Part shown: one piece after another, positions 15,028 through 29,799 of the stretch | Numbering within the stretch: the stretch's first letter is position 1 | How the letters are laid out: the number at the start of each line of letters is the position of its first letter | From: the human T2T-CHM13v2.0 reference genome, Homo sapiens | DNA length: 64,000 nucleotides | NCBI RefSeq assembly: GCF_009914755.1 | Contig: NC_060929.1 | Direction: 5' to 3' (one strand) | Translations under genes and position numbers: made by a program | The notes under the pieces: generated by a model | Told to the model about the DNA's origin: nothing | What the model saw: the letters and a program-made list of their open reading frames with translations, nothing else | The model's database searches: none

Positions 15028-15300
15028 TTATAAATATATATTTATATATTATGTGTTAATATATACTTATATATGTGTAATGTAATATATATTTATATAT
15101 AATATATTACATATGTATATATAAACTTATTTACATATAAAATATAAATATATAGATACATAAGTATATATAATACAAAATATGTAAATATAGCTATATA
15201 TTATATATAACATATATCATTTATATGTTATATAATATTTATATAAATCTATGTAAATATATATAATATGATTATATGAGCCTATGGTATAATATATTAC
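15028..15300. repeat. Degenerate (TA)n / AT-rich low-complexity tract
   Basis: About 270 bp of almost only TA-rich units. Confidence 0.9.
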
Positions 15301-17894
15301 AGAATAAGTGCTATAAATATCACAAAATATAAAGGAATAACATACAAATTAAGCTGTTTGTTTTCACCAAATTTCATATAACTAGGACTCTTTCACACAA
15401 AGGTGAGCCATATAGAAGAATACTTGAAAGTAAGTTTATAAAATTCATTTCCTTTCATTTTAACTCAATAAAATGACTTCCTAATGTAAAACATTGCTGC
15501 TAGGCATTTTGTGCACTTTCAGCTGATATTTGTCAAAATGGAAAATTTTAAATCCTTTTTAAAAGGGAGAGATTTTAACGTGCATTTTGAAATATTTTGT
15601 CTTTGATATCTGAAAATAAATTGTTATAAAAGTTGTCAAGATCTATGTTTCTTATCACTGAGTTAAATGTTGAAGGATTTCAGAAAGTTACCATACAGCT
15701 TGATAATTCTCAGTATTAATCAGTATGATTACAGTAATAGGCAATTAATTAACCTTTTAGGTAGAAGTGTGGCTAAAGGAATTGTCAGGAGGAGGACAGA
15801 AGAGAGTTACATATCTTGGTTACTCTGATTTAGCAATCATTGTTCATGTCTAATCACATTACTTACATCAACTCTATTACATTATTGTCACTTAGATGTA
15901 TATGGATAGTGATATTTTCCACTTCGATCATAATTTTAAAGATTGAGTGGTTATTTGCTTGACTCAAATGAACACTCCATGATCAGTGAGCCACCTAATG
16001 CTACTACTATGAGTATTCTATTCAAAAAATATCTAATTTTCTAAAACTCTTCAAACCAAGCCCTGCTCGAAGGTTTTAGGCCACAGAGATCTTCATGTAT
16101 ATGTCCTGTCACTAAATAAATAATGTAGGTTGTGCTACCCAAACCATGCGAGATATTATTAAGTTTCACTTGAGAACTTGTTTAAGCAAAAAATTGTCTT
16201 GTAAAAAAAAAAAAAAACAAGCTGGGTGTTATTAAATATTCTGAGGCAAAAAGACCCTCCTCTTAGAGCTTGAAACAATAGTCAGAATATGCTTCTAAAT
16301 AAGAAAAACAAATGGACTTCTTTTTCCTGAGTTTGTATTTTCAAGTTAATTATTTTCATGTAGGACACCATGATACTGCTAGGCAAACACAATTTCTTTG
16401 CCAGTCTCCTGAGTCTGAGAGAAGTAAACAAGAATAAAATGCAGATGCATGCTTATAATTATATAAAATGATATTTTTATATCTGCACAGCCATTTACTG
16501 TTTACATGTACAATAATGTCTGTAGGTAGGAGCATACTTTTTTGGTAACAAGAAATTTGGATTTTAAGGAATAATCTTCTCTTCATTTTTGCTTATATAA
16601 TGATTACTCCAACAACTTTGTTAAATGAGTTCAGTTACTTTTCTGGGCCATGTGTAGATGTAATGAAAAATTAGGACTTGGAAGGTACGTCTATGATTGG
16701 TCAACAAACAGAGAATCCACTGCCCCTCCTAATTATCTGACATCCATCTGGCATAAGCAAAGACAGCGGTCTCTTGCTATTCCACTAGCTTATTTGTGCT
16801 CAAAAGTGCTTAAAATTGCAACTATGTAATGAAATCAATGTGGGATGCTATAGACAGAATATAAAAATATCAGAATACATGTTTATAAAATAATAGTTAT
16901 TTAAAACAAACATTTTATTCTATTATTATGGTTAAATAACTTTGGCAAGGGATGTACAGAGTAAAATTGATTCAAATGGGAGAGATTTCTTTGACATTAA
17001 AACATTAGTGGAGGTGTCGTGTAGGTGATTTTGCATGTAGTCTAGAAAAGGGTGTAGAATTTGGACATGTTCCTCTATTTTGAGGAAAAAGAGCCAAAGT
17101 GTACCAGTAAAAACTAAGAAATACATATATATATGGGAAAAATTTTATAGAGTAGCTTAAGCATATGGGAAGTAAAATAGGAAAACTTACCTACACCTAT
17201 ATTAAAGGGCTTTTAACCTCTGACCTATGATTTAAAACTGTTTGATGTGATACATCAGTGCAAAGTTGTCAAAGAGGCTGTTGGAATTGGCAAAGTTCCA
17301 TGAATTCCAATGTTAAAAAACTATACATGGAAACATTTGACAGAGCAGTTAACCAATTTATGTGAATTGGATATAATTTATATAGAAGGAAGCCTAAAAG
17401 AAAAGAAGAAAAGAGGCTAAAGAATAGATTTGAGGCATGACATAAAAAAGAGAAAGAGGTAAGAAAGCAATTAGAAGGAAGAATTACAAGATATTGAATT
17501 ATACCTAGGAAAAAATGGTGTCATGAAAACCAAAGAAGCAGAGAAATTCTTGCTAAGTCTAGCAACCATATCAAAATATACAGAGATGCAGACTGCAAAC
17601 AAAAAACCAGTATTCAATATTTGTTTTAATTATCCTTATAGAATAGTATAAAATCAGTGAGAAGATGTATGGAATGAAACTAAGATAAACAATAGACTAG
17701 GAAAGTAAAATTAGGGTATTCAGATGAGAAGTATTGAAATGGAAAAAGAAAATGATATATTTACATGTGAAATCAAACTAATGAACTCAAATCTATTATA
17801 GAAAATTGTACGTGTGTATATGTGTGTGTGTATACATAGAGATATATACAATCTTGTCTCTATTTTCATGCCCTTTCACACATTTTACTTTGCT

Positions 17895-18189
17895 GCATGC
17901 TATGTGGACAAATCCAGACTGGCTTGCTGAAGAATAAAAGAACACTTGGAACCTGGACGCCCATGCCAGATGAGACAATTTAGTCCAGTCAGCACTCGGC
18001 AAGATTGGCAGGTGACTACAGAAGCACTAGTGAGCCCTGCCACCAGCTAAGCCTGGTCCAGCCCAGCAAAACCACCTTCTTAGAGCAACCCAAATTGCCA
18101 TCCCATAGAATGTAACCTAAATAAAGCACTAGTATTTTAATCCACTGGGTTTAGGATAACTTATTGCATAGTAAAACTAACTGAATACA
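17895..18189 (+). mobile_element. Old MaLR LTR (MLT1H/J-like), 3' part
   Basis: MLT1-type end ...ttttaatccactgggtttagg...gcatagtaaaactaactgaataca. Confidence 0.65.
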
Positions 18190-18469
18190 AATGCATTAAA
18201 AAAATTCGAGGTAATTAAAAATCCTATAAACATTAATTTTAAATATATCTTACAATAATTTCAAATTCTGTGGAATTGTTTGCGAAAAAGCTTATTCCAA
18301 GGTATCCTTATGAGACCAAAAAATACATGTTTTTGTTCTAAAATTTAAATTTCCTAATAATTACTTTATTCCACCTCATCAGATTAGCTGAAACAAATAA
18401 AAACAAATGAAGTCCCTAAGGGACTGGGAGAAAGAACTAGAAATATGAAAATTTATAGAAATAGTATAT

Positions 18470-18614
18470 GTGGTAACCATATATTTTGGTGTATTTGGAA
18501 CAGGCATAGTTTATGTCAGTATTTCCAGTGTCCTATCTGTCTTAGCATTTGTCCCAACGTTTTCTCTCCCAAGTGTTTCACAAATGGGACACAACATTTT
18601 ATATGATTACTCTA
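18470..18614. mobile_element. hAT-Blackjack-type MITE (MER81/MER94-like), diverged
   Basis: Imperfect TIRs ggtaaccatata ... tatatgattact, with internal gtccc/gggac motifs typical of this family. Confidence 0.5.
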
Positions 18615-19587
18615 GAACCTGGGAATATGGTAGCATGAACATAATAAAATTAAAGCAAAACTGTTATCTAGTTATTTTTTTCCCTAAGTTGGTGGTATTT
18701 AAAAGTTACAATTCAGGCATGAATAGTGACAACTCTCCTAAACAACAAACAACCATTAGTAACTTAGTGAAATTCTCTTGTTTTATATTTCAAATAAATA
18801 ATCTACAAGTATAATTTCATTGCAAAGATTTATTTAAACATTATTTATGATATGTTGGTGAGGTTTTACCTATTTTCCGTCAAATGGTGCTGACAAACAT
18901 TGTTGGTTGCTTTGGCTTGAATGCTATCCAATATTCAAACTTCAGGAAAGATAACAGGTTTTCACAAGTCATTATTTGTATAGAATTAGAAATAACCACT
19001 TTGTTGTTCTTTTATTATTATTTTTGCTGAAATTTTAATTGGACTAAAATGTTAAACTTTGAAAAATAATATTGTTTGAAGAAAGTTTTTGGAAAAATTC
19101 CTCAAAATTTTAAGATAAGAGGAGTAATAAGGTGATCTATTAAAACCTTATAAGAAATCTGCTTATACAGGTGACAAACATCTTGCTTTACCACCTTCAG
19201 ACTGGTTTCTGATAGAAGAAAAAATAAAACAGGGAAATTTTATTAGCTTTAAATTATTTGAAGGCACAAACAGTTTTTTTTAATATATAAACTGTCCCTA
19301 TCACCTTTGTGGCAGTAGCAGTGCATGCAAACTACATTATACAGAACTATTTAAAAATGTTTTGATGTTTTCATTAAAAGAGGAATACATACGTAAGTTA
19401 CACCTTGGTTTAGTGCTATTTCATAAAAGTGTTAATAAAAATATTTCTGAATTCAGCATATTTCTTAAAATTGGAAAGCCAATTTACAGTTATTATTTTT
19501 ATTTGATCAACTTCACTTAGATTTGAGGTAACAAAGAGATATTTAACTTTGATATGAAGTATAATTAGACGATGGAAACAATTTTAA

Positions 19588-20162
<575 letters not shown>

Positions 20163-20923
20163 CAGTTTTCTACTTTCGTTTAATTTTCTCCAGTATTCAC
20201 CCACCCTAGTTCATCTTTTATACTGCCTAAACTTTCTGATATGTAAATCAACTTTCAAGTATTATGAGTATTGAATTAGAGATAACAAATAAATTTTAGC
20301 AAGTATGCAAATCCACAAATTTAGAATTAATGAATAATGAGAAGAGACTGTATCATTATTAAGTGTTAGCATTTATTTGCCCCTGACTCCACTATCCATT
20401 TTCTTTTTATTCCAAGGGTGAATTCATCATATTGTTCCTGAATCACTCTAAATACTGAAAAAAAAGGATAATTTGGGGATTTTGAAATCCAGGATATAGA
20501 AATATTATGGGATGTTAAAGATTGCAGTTAGTACATATATACTTATTTATAATAATGCTAATTATAAAAATATTTATAATTTTTTATAATTATTTATAAT
20601 GCTAATATAGCATTTAAAAACTATAGTGAATGATTTTCACCTTATATTATCTAAGTTAATGTTTAAAAACCCCTGATATAGTTATTGATATTTTTATATA
20701 TAGCAAAAATAATTGAAGCTAAGAAGTGATATGTTTTATTCAGTGTTGCTATAACAAGTAAGTGGTACAGATAGAACACAGATAGGTACAGATAGAATAC
20801 AGATTCATAGGTATCTTCTGTCGTGATATACATGTCTTTTTCCAATAATCTATGCATCATACTTTTATTAGATCATAGGTGTAATTCATCCAGAAGTTAC
20901 TAATCGTATTTATCAAGACTTTA

Positions 20924-21216
20924 TTTTTTTTTATTATACTTAAAGTTTTAGGGTACACGTGCCCAACGTGCAGGTTAGTTACATATGTATACATGTGCCA
21001 TGTTGGTGTGCTGCACTCATTAACTCGTCATTTAACATTAGGTATGTCTCCTAATTCTATCCCTCCCCCCTCCCCCTACCCCACAACATGCCCCAGTGTG
21101 TGATGTTTCCCTTTCTGTGTCCATGTGTTCTCATTGTTCAATTCCCACCTATGAGTGAGAACATATTTCACGGTGTTTGGTTTTTTGTCCTTGCGATAGT
21201 TTGCTGAGAATGATGA
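20924..21216 (-). mobile_element. 5'-truncated young L1PA (about L1PA2-4) 3' end
   Basis: caggttagttacat and ttgcgatagt variants, CpGs retained. Perfect 14-bp TSD ttatcaagacttta at 20910-20923 and 21217-21230. Confidence 0.95.
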
Positions 21217-22849
21217 TTATCAAGACTTTAAAGTGAAATAGCAGCTGAAATTTGAATTTATTTTGTATAAGAACAAACAGCTAAGGAATTGATATATCCT
21301 CAAACAATTTAAAAATTATAACCTAAAAAGAGATGCTCAAAAATGTTGTGTATACATACCATTAAGAACAAGTAATAATTAAAGCAGATCTTCTTTAGGT
21401 GCTGGAATTTCAGTTCACATACATGTGTTCTGTACACCTGACTTCTGCACACCTGACTTCTAATGCCTCTATGTTACACTATTTGAGAAACTCCTGGCAT
21501 TATGATATTGCTCATGGCATCTTGGGCACTTATTGTGTACAGTACTACTAAATTCAACATTCCAATAAAATTGAATTTTGATTTTACTTGTGTAAACCTA
21601 AATTTGGAAAGTGAAAAAAAAGTAGGAAATGAGTTTTTACATTCAATAGAAACAGAATCTGTTCATAGTATCGTCAACGTCTATCAAAATTTTTAGTACT
21701 TTTGGTGCTTATGCAAAGCAGAACCTAGCAATTTGGGATTTTATTAATATTAAACATATGTATGATAAGTATGTGTTTAATAATTTCCATTAATTTGCAG
21801 AATAAATTTGCCATTTAAAAATCTTCATGTTCTTAGTTATTATAAAACTCCCACTTCTTTCTTAATATTACACTGAAATGTTTTAGAGATAATATACTTT
21901 TAGGACTATCACATTCATAGAAACATACATTGAATCAGGAGGGAAAATGTGTTGGCAATGTGAAATTGTCTGTGATAAAACCATGCTTATATATGGTGAG
22001 CCAATATTTTTTGAGATTGTACAATTTGGGCACCTGCAAAATATGGGTAACAATGTTAGATTTCTAGAATACTATTGTGTGTTTAATGTGACTGTTACAG
22101 AGCATGTTCACTTGCCAAGTTTTACATGCCTGGGTCTACAATACTCATGAGCTGCAAAATTGTATTTTAGCTCAGAGTACTGATCCCATGGAATAAAGTT
22201 TTGACATCTTGTGTTCAGTTGTCAGAAGAGTGATTTAGCCTAAATGTTCAGATTTTTATGACAAAACTGTACATATAAGCACTTTAAGGGTCCGTAACAT
22301 ACCTGATAATCATATGCTATCAGCAGAGATGGTCTCCTACTCTATGTAATTTTCCTTCCCTCTTGATGAGTTATTTGCTTTTACAATAAAGTCTTTTCAT
22401 TACTTTACAAGCACATGTAGTTGAGTTTCCATAATCTTCTCATGGAAGTAAAAAAATGAAAGTGTGTTTTCAATTAGTGAAAAATTAAAATTTATCTATT
22501 CCAACTAAAAATTATCTACTTCAACCCTAATTTATAGATGAAGATATTTGAAATCAGTTGAAACTCACCTAAAATAACTCAGATCTATAAGGTTAGAGCT
22601 GAGAATAGACCCATTTTCTTATGGTGCTTTAATTATTCTTTTTTCTAAACCATTCTTAAATAATTAAAAAAGAAACACAAATTTTAAAACAGGTTTGTAG
22701 AGAAAGCATTATCCTCTTTTGGTAGGTAAATGCCCCTACCAAAATAAATAAAATAATAGTATTTCAATTTTTAAAGTGTGGCATTTGAATCAATTTGAAT
22801 ACATCTCACCTTTAGTTTGCAAGGGTTAGCATACACTGCTCATCTACTA

Positions 22850-22970
22850 TTTCCTTTGTTGAGCTATAATTCACAGAATGTGCACCAATTTAAAGTATAC
22901 AACTCAATGTATTTTAACAGCTATACAGTGTTATTCAACCACCACAATGTAATTTTAAAATATTTTTGTT
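22850..22970 (-). mobile_element. Old L1M (L1MB/MC-like) 3' terminus fragment
   Basis: ttgagctataattcaca...tttaaagtatacaactcaatg...caaccaccacaat. Confidence 0.6.
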
Positions 22971-22974
22971 TTCT

Positions 22975-23111
22975 TCTTTTTTAGCTTTATTGAGGTATAA
23001 CTGACAAATAAAAATTCAAACTGTACAATCTGATTAATACATGCATAGATTGTGAAATGATTACCACATTCAAGCTAAATAACATATCCATTACATTACA
23101 AAGCTACTTTT
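22975..23111 (-). mobile_element. L1MA (L1MA8-10-like) extreme 3' end; continues at 30820
   Basis: tttattgaggtataactgacaaataaaaatt...ttgtgaaatgattaccac.ttcaagcta.ataacatatcca. Confidence 0.8.
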
Positions 23112-23399
23112 TTTCTTCTAGAAGTTATGTTAATTAAATATGAAGGAAGTGATAGAAATAAAACGAGGCAATTACACAAAATTACATTACATTGCAAGAA
23201 ACTATTTAATCTCAATTGATAGAAATCCAGTACACCTACACACTGCTACTTCATCGGAAGTAATTCCTCACATTTAAAAATTACACTGTTGTTATGAGAA
23301 AAGTTTCAAAATACAGTTGATGAAATTGAAACTTCAATAAAAAAACTTTTAAGAGTCATTTCAACTCAATTTTTGTTTACAATGAACAAATATTTGTTT

Positions 23400-25935
23400 T
23401 TGATATTGTCTATCTGTCTCTTATAAAATTGTTGTACTTCTTATTTTTGGTAGGTTTGTCTTTTAGTTTTCATACCAAAGATTTGAGTATTTTACACACC
23501 ACAATCACAGACTGAGATTATTTTGTATTTCTTTGTGTGCTTACTTTAATCAGTAAGTTTTATACCTAGAGATGATTTCTTGTTGCTTGCCAACATTCTT
23601 TTCTTTCAGACTGAAGAATTTCCGTTAGCATTTATTGTAAAACAGCCATGGTGTTAATGAAATCCCTCAGCTTTTGTTTATCTGAGGAAATATTTATTAT
23701 TTATTTCTCCTTAACCTTTGAAGCATAACTTTGCTGATTGTAATATTCTGGGTTAGAAGGTTTCTCCCCCCACCCGCCGCGCCCTTCTCTACTTTGCATA
23801 TGTCATCCCAATCCCTCCTGGCTTATGAGGTATCTACTGAGAAGCCTCTTGTCAGAAGTTTCAGAGCTCGTTTACATGTTATTTGCTTTTTCATCCCCTC
23901 TTGCTGCTTTTGGGATCCTTTTATAATTCTCGACTTTTGAGAGTTTGATTATTTATATGACTTGAGGTAGTTTTATTTGGGTTGAGCCTACTTGGCGTTC
24001 TTTTGCCTTCTTGAATCAGACACTTTCCTCTTTATCTGTGTTTGTAAAGTTCTGTTATTACTTTTTTGAATAAAAGATCTACCCTAATATATTTCTCTAC
24101 ATCTTTTTTAAGGCCAATCATTCTTCAATAACTCATATTTGCCTTTTGACCCTATCTTCTAGATCTTATATTCATTTCCTTTTTATAATAATAATTATTA
24201 TATCTCCTCTAATTATGTATTTTCATAGAAGCTATATTTGAGTTCACTAATTCTTTCTTTTGCTTGACCAATTCTCCTGCTGCGAGACTGGTCATTTTTT
24301 CAGTTTGTCAATTGAATTTTCAGCTCCAAAATTTCCACTTAATTTTTAAAATTATTTCAAACTTTTGTTAAAAACTCAGACAGAATTTTGACTTCTCTTT
24401 TTCTGTTACCTTGAATTTCACTGAGCTTCCCTAAGACAGCTATTCTAAATTTTCTGCCTGAGAAGTCACATATCTCCATCACTCCAGGACTGGTCACTGG
24501 ATTCTTATTTAATCTATTTGGAAAGGTCATGATTTCCTGGATGTTCTTGATCTTGCTTATGTTCACTGATGTCTGGGCATTGAAGAGAGAAGCAATTATT
24601 CCAATCTTCCCAGTATGGACTTGTTTGTACATCCTTCTTGAAAGGGCTTTTCACATAGAACTTAAAGTATAATAAATAAATAAATAAATAAATAAATAAA
24701 AATGGCTTTTCAAAAATCCAAAAGAAATTGAGTTTTGTTGGCTAAGCCTATGGTCACTGCAGCTGCTTCGGCACTAGTGGACACCCTAAGTCCAGGAACA
24801 CTGCAACTCTTGAAACTCTTAGATACACAGTGTTGGGGGACTTAGGAAAGATAAGGGAGAATTTCCTGAGTATTCAGGCAAAGTATCTCACTCTCTTTCC
24901 CTCAAGCTGAAGGAGTCTCTTTCAGCATTGTGGTGCTTTGAGTTGAGGTAGGAGTGAAAAGGGCACTCCTGTGGCCACTGCATCTGGCACCATATTGGGT
25001 TGCATGTAAAGCCTATGGCCTCCCAGACCAGCTCGTTTCTGGGGCTTGCCCAAGGATTGTGGCCTTTACTGTCTGGCTGTTGCTGATGTTTATTCAAGGT
25101 CTAAGGCCACTTTAGTCAGCAGGTGGTGAATCCTGCTGGACTGAGTCTGTTCCACCAGGACAGAGGATTTCCTTCTGGCTAGGGGTGGGTCTGGAAATGC
25201 TATCTAAGAGCAAAAGTCTGAAATCAGGGCTTCAGTATTTTTTCTTGATGTTGTCTTTTATTGTGGCTGAGCTAGTATCCAAGTTGCAAGAAAAAGTTCA
25301 CCATTCTCCTTCCCTCTGTTTTCCCCAAGGTTAAAGAGTCTCTCCTGATGCGGCACTGCCTAGAGTTGGAGGAAGAGCCACAAAGGCATGTATGTGGCCA
25401 CTGCAGCTGGTGTTGTACTGGGCTCCATCACAATCCCACTGCCCGTGAGACCAGCACATCACTAGGTCTTGCCCAAAGACTGCCATCATGATGACCTGAT
25501 TACAACTCAAATGTATTCAGGGTTCCACTTTAATCAGCCTGTACTGAAGCCAACCTGGGGATTCCCCTCTGCTCCAGGGCTAGTTGAAATACTTCTTCCT
25601 TGAGTACCAAAACATTCTGCCCAGTGTTGTTTTCCATTATATTGGGATGGCACCGAATCCCACATTCACTTCACTCTCCCTTTCACAAGCACAGATATTC
25701 TCTCTGCTCTGCTCTTCCTGGGGCTGAGGGGTGGTGGTGTAAAAAGTCCAAGAGTTCTGTTCTTTTTCTGTCTTCTTCAATGTCTCTTTTATTGTTATTA
25801 TATTAAAACCAAGTAGTAGGATCATTCATTTGATTTTTTGTGTTTTTATGAAGATGCTTCTTGCATGGCTAGTTGTTCTAGTTGTTCAAGCTCATCACCG
25901 GAGGGTTCTATTTGGCCATAATGCACCATCTCTGA
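23400..25935 (-). mobile_element. L1M1/L1MA-type 5'UTR, ORF1 and inter-ORF region
   Basis: ORF 24357-24632 (NIQEIMTFPNRLNKNPVTSPGVMEICDFSGRKFRIAVLGKLSEIQ) is an L1MA-type ORF1 N-terminus. GC-richer 5'UTR at ~24750-25935. Confidence 0.85.
24654..24699 (+). mobile_element. Ultra-short L1PA insertion (last ~20 nt plus (TAAA)n tail)
   Basis: tagaacttaaagtataataa is the L1PA terminus. TSD aaagggcttttca (24641-24653) and aaatggcttttca (24700-24712). Confidence 0.85.
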
Positions 25936-25944
25936 CCCTACTAT

Positions 25945-27451
25945 ATTTTCTTTCTTTTTCTTCGACTTTTAAGTTCAGGAGTACATGTACAGGATGTGCA
26001 GGTTTATTACATAGGTAAATGTGTGCCATGGTGGTTTGCTACACAGATCATCCCATCACCTAGGTATTAAGGCCAGCAACCATTAGCTATTCTTCCTGAT
26101 TATCTCCATTTTCCAATCCCTTCCTACAGGCCCCAGACCCCAGGCCCCAGTGTGCGTTGTTCCCCTCCCCATACTTACTTATCATTCAGCTCCCACTTAT
26201 AGGTGAGAACGTGATGTGTTTGGTTTTATGTTCCTGTATTAGTTTCCTGAAAACAATGGCTTCCAACTCCATCCATGTCCCTACAAAGGACATGACCTCA
26301 TTCCTTTTTGTGGTTGACCTCATTCCTTTTTATTCCGTGGTGTATATGTGCCACATTCTTTTTTTAATCCAGTCTATCACTGATGGGCATTTGAGTTGTT
26401 TCCATGTCTTTGCTGTTGTGAATAGTAAGTGCTGCGATGAACATATGTGTGTATGTATCTTTATAAGAGAATGATTTATATTCCTTTGGGTATATAACCA
26501 ATGATGGGATAGCTGGGTCAAACAGTACTTCTGTTGCTAGGTCTTTGAGGAATCGCTACACTGTTTTCCACAATGGTTGAACTAATCTACCTCTCACCAA
26601 CAGTGCAAAAGTGTTCCTTTTTTTTTTTTTTTTGCAACCTCACCAGCATCTGTTATTTCTTGACTTTTTAATACTCATAATTCTGACTGACGTGAGATGG
26701 TGTCCTCATTGTGCTTTTGATTTGCATTTCTTTAATGATCACTGATGTTGATCTTTATTTTCATATGTTTGTTCACCACATGAATGTTTTCTTTTGAGAA
26801 GTGTCTATTTATGTCCTTTGCCCACTTTTAATGGGGTTGTTTGTTTTTTTCTTGTAAATTTGTTTAAGTTCCTTATAGATTCTGGATATGAGTCCTTTGT
26901 CAGATGAATAGATTGAAAAATTTTTCCCTGAAAACATTTCTTCCATTCTGTAGGCTGTCTGTTCACTATGATGATTGTTTGTTTTTCTGTGCAGAATCTA
27001 TTTAGTTTAATTAGACCCATTTGTCAATTTTGGCTTTTGTTGCACTTGCTTTTAGTGTTTTTGTCATGAAATCTTGGCCCATGCCTATGTCCTGAATGGT
27101 ATTGCCTAGATTTTATTTGAGGGTTTTTTATAGTTTTGTGTTTTACATTTAAGTATTTAACCCATCTTCAGATAGTTTTTGTATATGATGTAAAAAAGGG
27201 GTCCAGTTTCCATTTTCTGCATATGATTAGGCAGCACTTCCAGCACCCTTTATTAAATAGGGAATCATTTCTCCATTGCTTGTTTTTACCAAGTTTGTTG
27301 AAGATCAGATGGTTGTTAGTGTACAGCCTTGTTTCTGAGTTTTCTGTTCTGTTCCATTGGTCTATGTGTCTGTTTTTGTGCCAGTACCATGCTGTTTTGG
27401 TTACTGTATCCTTGTAGTGTAGTTTGAAGTCAGATAGTGTGATGCCTCCAG

Positions 27452-27489
<38 letters not shown>

Positions 27490-29081
27490 TAGGATTGTTT
27501 TCGCTATTTGGAGTCTTTTTAAAGTTCCCTGTGAATTTTAAAATAGTTTTTTTCTAATTCTGTGAAGAATGTGAGTGGTAGTCTAATGGGAATAGTATTT
27601 AATATATAAATTACTTTGGGCAGTATGACCATTTTCACAATATTGATTCTTCCTATCCATGAGCAAGGAATGTTTCTCCATTTGTTTGTGTCTTCTCTGA
27701 TTTCTTTCAGCAGTGGTTTGTAGTTCTTCTTGAAGAAGTCCTTCACTTCCCTTGTTAGCTGTATTCTTGGGTACTTTATACTTTTGGTAGCAATTGTGAA
27801 TGGGAGTTCACTCATGATTTGCCTCTCTCCTTGTATGTTGTTGGTGTATAGAAATGCTAGTGATTTTTGCACATTGATTTTATATCCTTAGACTTTGCTG
27901 AAGTTGCTTATCAGCTTACAAAGTTTTGAGGCTGAGATGATGGGGTTTTCTAAATATAGGATCATGTCATCTGCAAAGAGGGAGAGTTTGACTTCCTCTC
28001 TTCCTATTTGAATATCCTTTATTTTTACCTCTTGCCTGATTGCCATGGCCAGAACTTTCAATACTATGTTGAATAGGAGTGGTGAGAGAGGGTATCTTTG
28101 TCTTGCACCATTTTTTGAGGGGAATACTTCCAGATTTTACCCATTCAGTATGATATTGACTGTGGGTTTGTCATATATGCCTATTATTATTTTTAGGTGT
28201 ATTCCTTCAATACCTAGTTAATGAGAGTTTTAATCATAAAGGGATGATCAGTTTTATCAAAGGCCTTTTCAGCATCTATTTAGATAATCATGTGGTTTTT
28301 GTGTTTAGTTTTGTTTATGTGATGAATCACATTTGATTTGCATATGCTGAATCAAACTTATGTCCCAGGGATGAAGCCAACTTAATTGTGGTGGATAACC
28401 TTCTTGATGTACTGCTGGATTCAGTTTGCCAGTATTTTATTGAGGATTTTTGCATCAGTGTTCATCAGTGATATTGGTCTGAAGATTTCTTTTTCTTTTT
28501 TTTGTTGTATCCCTGCCAGGTTTTGGTATCAGGATGATGATGGCCTCATAGAATGAGTTAGGGAGGAGTCCCTCCTTTTCTATTTTTTGGAATTGTTTCA
28601 ATAAAAATGATACCAACTCTTTGTTGTACCTTTTGTAGAATTCAGCTATGAATCCATCTGTTTCTTGGCTTTTTTCAGTTGGTAGCCTATTTATTACTGC
28701 CTCAGTTTCAGAACTCATTGTTGGTCTACTCAGAGATTCAATTTCTTCCTGGTTCAGTCTTGGGAGGGTGGATGTGTCCAGGAATTTATCCATTTCTTAT
28801 AGACTTTCTAGTTTATGTGCATATAGGTTTTTATAGTATTCTCTGATGGTTGTTTGTATTTCTGTGGGGTCCATTGTTATATTCCCCTATTCCTTTTATC
28901 ATTTCTGATTGTGATTATTTGATTCTTCTCTCTTTTTTCTTTATTAATCCAGCTAGCAGTCTATTTTATTAATTTTTTCAAAAAGCAGTTCCTTGAGTCA
29001 TTGATTTTTTGAAGGGTTTTTCATCTCTTTATCTCCTTCCATTCAGCTCTGATCTTGGTTATTTCTTGTCTTCTGTTAGCT
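25945..29081 (-). mobile_element. 5'-truncated L1PA11-13-like element (3'UTR and 3' two-thirds of ORF2)
   Basis: ORF2 fragments ([19 protein letters not shown]; [11 protein letters not shown]; WIKKRMWHIYTTE). 3'UTR variant gtacaggatgtgcagg...cacagatcatcccatcacctagg. Confidence 0.93.
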
Positions 29082-29795
29082 CCGTTTGTTCATTGATGAA
29101 CATTTAGGTTGATTTCATCACTTGGCCATTGTGAATAGTGCTGCAATAAATATGGAAGTTCAGCTCTCTCTTCAACATACTGATTTCATTTCCTGTGAAT
29201 ATGTACCCAATAGTGGAATTACTGGATTATGTGATAGTTTTATTTTTAATTTGTTGAGGAAACCCCATACTGCCTTCCATAACAGCTATACTAATTTAAA
29301 TTTCCACCAACAGTGTATAAAAAGTATCCTCTTCTTTTAATCCTCACCAGCATTTGTTTTTGTCGTTTTTGTTGTTGTTTTTGTCTCTTGATGAAAGCCA
29401 TTTTAACTGGGGCTAGGTAATATCTCTTGTTTCTTTTTATTTGTATTTTTCTGATGTCTAGTAATATGCTTTTGTCAAATAACTGCTGGCCCTTTATATG
29501 TCTTCTTTTAAGAACACTTCTTTTGAGACCTATTCAGATCTTTGCTCATTTTTAATTGAACAATTTGAGTTTTTTTGTCTGTTTGCCTACTGAGTTGTTC
29601 TGGTTACTTATATAGTTTGCATGTTAACCCCATGTTGGATGCATAGTTTGCAAATACTGTTACCCATTCTGGAGGTTGTGTTGTTGCTCAATTAGTTGTT
29701 TCATTTGCTGTGAAGAAGCATTTTAGTTTGATGTAGTCATATTTGCCTATTTTTTTCTTGTCTTGCCTGTTCTTTTGAGGTGCTACCAGAAAAAG
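29082..29795 (-). mobile_element. L1MA-type ORF2 3' segment
   Basis: ttgtgaatagtgctgcaataaatatgg...caacatactgatttcatttc. More diverged than the adjacent L1PA. Confidence 0.8.
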
Positions 29796-29799
29796 AAAA

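Noticed and set aside
20766-20812. Short tandem units (tacagatagaa/acagatagg) resembling a repeat-spacer array
   Set aside because: Degenerate ~10-bp minisatellite with no unique spacers. CRISPR is not applicable to primate DNA.
21434-21461. Local tandem duplication acacctgacttct x2 (a similar one at ~26294-26331)
   Set aside because: Ordinary slippage duplications with no sign of function.
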